DNA from: Candidatus Sumerlaeota bacterium
GTDB lineage: Bacteria; Sumerlaeota; Sumerlaeia; Sumerlaeales; Sumerlaeaceae
Length of the DNA: 50,581 bases
Direction: 5' to 3'
NCBI GenBank assembly: GCA_012513815.1
Contig: JAAZBM010000006.1
Span: 1 to 50,581 of the forward strand
In this document: positions 47,111-50,581 of the stretch, one piece after another
How the letters are laid out: each line of letters opens with the position of its first letter
How positions within the stretch are numbered: position 1 is the first letter of the stretch
Notes under the pieces: generated by a model
What the model was told of the DNA's origin: nothing
What the model saw: the letters and a program-made list of their open reading frames with translations, nothing else
The model's database searches: none
Translations under genes and position numbers: made by a program

Positions 47111-48763
47111 ATGGAATTTGTTTTTCATATCAACAGACTCAATAAATATTACGGAACACGTCAGGTTCTGAAGGACATTTGTTTGTCTTTTTATCCCGGC
47201 GCGAAAATCGGCGTCGTGGGTGAGAATGGCGCAGGCAAGTCAACTCTGCTGCGTATCATGGCCGGTCAGGATAAGGATTTTCAGGGTGAGGCAGAACCTT
47301 GCAAGGGCGTGCGTGTCGGTTATGTGCCGCAGGAACCACAGCTTGACCCGACGCGGACGGTGAAGGGAAATCTGGAGCTGGCGTTTGGCGAGATTATGGA
47401 GCTGCTGAAAGAGTTCGATGAGCTGTCGATGAAGATGTGCGAGGTCGAGGGCGATGAGTATGACAAGGTCGCGAATCGGATGGCGGCTGTGCAAGATAAA
47501 ATCGACGCGGCGGATGGCTGGAATATCGACCAAAAACTGAGTGTCGCGGCCAATGCCCTTGTGTTGCCGCCGGATGATATGGATGTCACGACGCTCTCGG
47601 GCGGGGAACGCCGACGCGTGGCACTGGCGCGGGCGCTGCTGGAACAGCCTGATATTTTGCTGCTTGACGAGCCGACGAACCATCTCGACGCGGAGACAAT
47701 CGCTTGGCTCGAAGGTCAGTTGCGCGATTATCCCGGGACGGTTATCATTGTGACGCACGACCGTTATTTCTTGGACAATGTGACTAAGTGGATTCTGGAG
47801 CTTGACGGTGGACGGGGCATTCCGTTTGAGGGGAATTATTCGTCGTGGCTCGCTCAGAAAATCGAGATTCTGGCGCGTCAGGAGAAGAGCGCTCAGCGGC
47901 GCAAATCTCTCGAGGGCGAACTCAAGTGGATTCGCATGAACACGGCGGGACACCACGAGCTTGCGCGGCAACGTCTGGCGGATTATGAGCGTCTGGTGGC
48001 TGAGGAGATGAAGGCGGATGACGACATCGCGATTCAAATCGCGCCGGCCGCGCATCTCGGGGATCAGGTGATTGAGATCAAGGACCTCGCGAAAGGGTTT
48101 GGCGCAACGCCGCTCTACAGCAATGTCTCGTTCACGCTGCCCAAGGGCGCCGTGGTTGGTCTGATTGGGCCGAACGGGACGGGCAAGACGACGCTGTTGC
48201 GGATGATTACGGGCAACGACACCCCCGATGCCGGGACGATTACGATTGGGCAAACGGTGCGGCTTGCTTATGTCGACCAGCACCGCGACCACCTCAATGG
48301 CGAGAACACGGTGTATGATGAGATTCGCGACGGTTGCGAGGAGATTTCGTTTGGCAAACAGAGCATCCCGGCACGCGCTTATGTCGGGCGGTTCAACTTC
48401 AAGGGCAGCGACCAGCAGAAGCTTGTCAGTGAACTATCGGGCGGCGAGCGCAATCGCGTGCATCTGGCCAAGTTGCTGAAGAGTGGGGCGAATGTGCTGC
48501 TACTCGACGAGCCGACGAATGACTTGGATGTCAATACGCTGCGTATGCTCGAGGACGCAATTAACGGTTTTGGCGGTTGCGTGATGGTGATTAGCCACGA
48601 CCGTTTCTTCCTGAACCGCATCTGCTCGCATCTTTTGGTATTTGAGGGCGAGGGCAAAGTCCGTTGGTTCGAGGGGAACTTTGAGGAATATGAAGACGTG
48701 CGTCGGCGTGAAATCGGCGATGCGTATGAGAATCGCCGTGCGCGTTATCGCCGTATTGTGTGA
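47111..48763 (+). CDS. ettA: ABC-F family ATPase, energy-dependent translational throttle EttA-like
   Basis: Two ABC domains (GENGAGKST, GPNGTGKTT Walker A; LSGGERRRV, LSGGERNRV signatures). About 551 aa from ATG 47111 (RBS AGGAG upstream). ORF-track 46943 start is rejected as an upstream in-frame extension. Confidence 0.85.
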   Translation: MEFVFHINRLNKYYGTRQVLKDICLSFYPGAKIGVVGENGAGKSTLLRIMAGQDKDFQGEAEPCKGVRVGYVPQEPQLDPTRTVKGNLELAFGEIMELLKEFDELSMKMCEVEGDEYDKVANRMAAVQDKIDAADGWNIDQKLSVAANALVLPPDDMDVTTLSGGERRRVALARALLEQPDILLLDEPTNHLDAETIAWLEGQLRDYPGTVIIVTHDRYFLDNVTKWILELDGGRGIPFEGNYSSWLAQKIEILARQEKSAQRRKSLEGELKWIRMNTAGHHELARQRLADYERLVAEEMKADDDIAIQIAPAAHLGDQVIEIKDLAKGFGATPLYSNVSFTLPKGAVVGLIGPNGTGKTTLLRMITGNDTPDAGTITIGQTVRLAYVDQHRDHLNGENTVYDEIRDGCEEISFGKQSIPARAYVGRFNFKGSDQQKLVSELSGGERNRVHLAKLLKSGANVLLLDEPTNDLDVNTLRMLEDAINGFGGCVMVISHDRFFLNRICSHLLVFEGEGKVRWFEGNFEEYEDVRRREIGDAYENRRARYRRIV

Positions 48764-48819
48764 TTGAATGCTAAACGAACTCGGTTATAATAGTATTTAG
48801 TAAGAGTGAGTGATGTATA

Positions 48820-49728
48820 ATGGCTGAAAATGTAAAATCGCTGCGTCGGAGATTGCGCTCCATTCGCAATACAAACAAGATTACGCGCGCTATGCAGATG
48901 GTGAGCGCGTCAAAGCTACGCCGTGCGCAATCAACGCTGATGGCGGGACGACCCTATACAGCGGGTTTGCGCGTTGTACTGGGCCATCTGGCGGGCAGTT
49001 GTGATAGCTTCAATCATCCTTTTTTTGAGAAACGAGCAGTCAAGAATCGCATCATTGTTATTGTGACCGGCGACAGAGGTTTGGCCGGAGCTTATAACTC
49101 TTCGATTATTAAGTATGTCAGCACCATGATTAAAGAGTCGCCCGTGCCGGTGTCGTTGGTGTGTATCGGCCGCAAGGGCTATGATTATTTCAAGCACAGG
49201 AATATTGATATTATCGCTTCGGAAACGACTTTTAACGGAAGCGCCACGTCGGCCGAGACGAACGAAATCGCCGACTTGCTAGTGGAACAATTCCTCGCGC
49301 ATAAAGCGGATGAAGTTCTGATTGTGTATAACGAGTTTGTCTCGTCAATCAGCTACAAAACAACAACCTACACACTGCTACCGCTGCGCCCGAATGAGCT
49401 GTCCGTGGAGGACGCCCATAAGGCGACAACGCAGGCAAAACAGGAAAAGGGCAAGCCGCATTATAACGATTTGTATTTGTTGGAACCATCGGCACAAGAA
49501 GTGTTCCTGAACCTGATGCCGCGCTTTTTGCGCAACAATTTTTACATGACACTCATCGAGCATTTTACCGCTGAACACAGCGCGCGTATGACAGCTATGA
49601 GCAACGCGACCAAGAACAGCGAAGAGCTGATTGCTTCAGTCAGCCTCAAGATGAACAAGGCCCGCCAGAGTGCCATTACAACAGAACTCACCGAGGTGGT
49701 TGGCGGCGCTGAAGCTCTCAGCAGTTAG
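48820..49728 (+). CDS. atpG: F0F1 ATP synthase gamma subunit
   Basis: N-terminal LRRRLRSIRNTNKITRAMQMVSASKLRRAQ and C-terminal ARMTAMSNATKNSEELI...NKARQSAITTELTEVVGGAEAL gamma-subunit signatures. Confidence 0.9.
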   Translation: MAENVKSLRRRLRSIRNTNKITRAMQMVSASKLRRAQSTLMAGRPYTAGLRVVLGHLAGSCDSFNHPFFEKRAVKNRIIVIVTGDRGLAGAYNSSIIKYVSTMIKESPVPVSLVCIGRKGYDYFKHRNIDIIASETTFNGSATSAETNEIADLLVEQFLAHKADEVLIVYNEFVSSISYKTTTYTLLPLRPNELSVEDAHKATTQAKQEKGKPHYNDLYLLEPSAQEVFLNLMPRFLRNNFYMTLIEHFTAEHSARMTAMSNATKNSEELIASVSLKMNKARQSAITTELTEVVGGAEALSS

Positions 49729-49734
49729 GTTTTA

Positions 49735-50581
49735 ACGTGGAAACCGCCGCTAAAAAAAACCGCACGCGACGAATTCTCATCTCGCAGCATGCGACCATTA
49801 CGCATTACCGTGTGCGTTTTTATGAGTTGCTTGAGCAGCGGCGTCCGCGTGACTGGGAGTTCGATGTTGTCTTCGACACGCACGAGGCGCAGAATCCACG
49901 GCTGTATGTCGAGCCAATCGACTGGCAGCACTTCCCGTTTTCGATTCTCGATGCCCACACCCATATCCTCAAGGGCGGCACCCGAGGCATTATCTGGCAA
50001 AGCTTTTTCTGGCGGGCGCGCAAATATGATGCCGTCATTACCGATAATTTTGTCGCTCACCTGACGTATCTCGCCACGCACCTGTGGCGACTGACGGGGA
50101 CTCGCCGCGCCGCATGGGGACACACTCGCGACCGGCAAACACCGCAAAACGCCAGGTGGCTCAAGCAGATGTCGGAACGGTTCAAACGCGCGTACTTCAA
50201 GACGTGGGATTTTTTCTTTGCCTATACCGAGGGCGAAGCGCAAATCGCTCGCGGGATGAATTTCCCCGGTAATCGCATCGCCGTGCTTAACAACACCATC
50301 GACATCACGGCAGAACGTGCCGCTTACGAGGCCATCCAACCGCGCCGCGAGCAGTTGCGAGCCGATGCCGGGTTTGCCGCTGACAACAAAGTTCTGCTTT
50401 ATGTCGGGCGGCTCATCGCCGACAAGCGCATCGATTTTCTCGCCGAAAGTTTCGCGGCCGCATGGAACGCCGACCCCACATGGCGCCTTGTCGTCGTGGG
50501 CGCAGGCCCGCAGATGAACGTCCTCGAAGACTTGCGCGATAAACTGCCCAACGGCGTTGTGACGCTGCATGGCGCCATCAC
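49735..50581 (+). CDS. glycosyltransferase family 4-like protein (partial, 3' end beyond window)
   Basis: Hand translation of the plus frame from GTG 49735 is open to the window edge. It contains the GT-B C-terminal-domain start KVLLYVGRLIADKRIDFL. The competing minus ORF 49725..50570 has an R/G-rich composition typical of antisense. Confidence 0.5.

Noticed and set aside
49725-50570. 281-aa minus ORF at window end
   Set aside because: The plus-strand frame reads as a GT4 glycosyltransferase C-terminal domain (KVLLYVGRLIADKRIDFL). The minus frame is R/G/P-rich with no motifs.
1-50581. CRISPR arrays, transposases, integrases, phage genes
   Set aside because: No short direct repeats with regular spacers and no IS/transposase/integrase-like ORFs. 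The only notable repeats are intragenic zinc-ribbon units and the paralogue duplication.

Overview
Bacterial chromosomal window with moderate-high GC, almost entirely coding. No tRNA, rRNA, CRISPR array or mobile-element gene is recognisable. The core (12.2-25.6 kb, minus strand) is a long ribosomal-protein run: tuf, the S10 operon (rpsJ to rpsQ), the spc operon (rplN to rplO), then secY and map. The tuf gene sits directly upstream of rpsJ with no fusA; an EF-G paralogue is encoded separately at 35.3-37.4 kb. Several r-proteins carry extensions: S5 has an acidic N-terminal tail, L5 a Lys-rich N-terminal tail, L3 extra residues at both ends, and L24 a C4 zinc-ribbon. Between rpsC and rplP there is an unusual ~590-bp gap containing a 73-aa ORF. 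Housekeeping genes flank the run on both sides. Upstream are cobB (sirtuin) with a C45/Ntn-hydrolase-like gene, an FKBP lipoprotein, two overlapping radical-SAM genes (a B12-binding one and a SPASM one), PBP4 (dacB), an SGNH-like hydrolase, queG, pdxJ and sanA. Downstream are a sigma-54 activator with GHL10 and GT4 genes, a yhaM-like exoribonuclease, yajC, an HD-domain gene, fused secDF, a secreted LamG-metallophosphoesterase, cdaA-cdaR (c-di-AMP), ettA, an isolated atpG and a partial GT4 at the window edge. The most unusual region is 31.6-35.1 kb (minus strand). It holds two tandem paralogous membrane proteins with a C-terminal zinc-ribbon, a 4-TM membrane protein, and an SPFH/band-7 protein ending in five tandem zinc-ribbons. 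This resembles a YdjG/YdjH/YdjI (PspA-associated) envelope-stress module, but no pspA is present.
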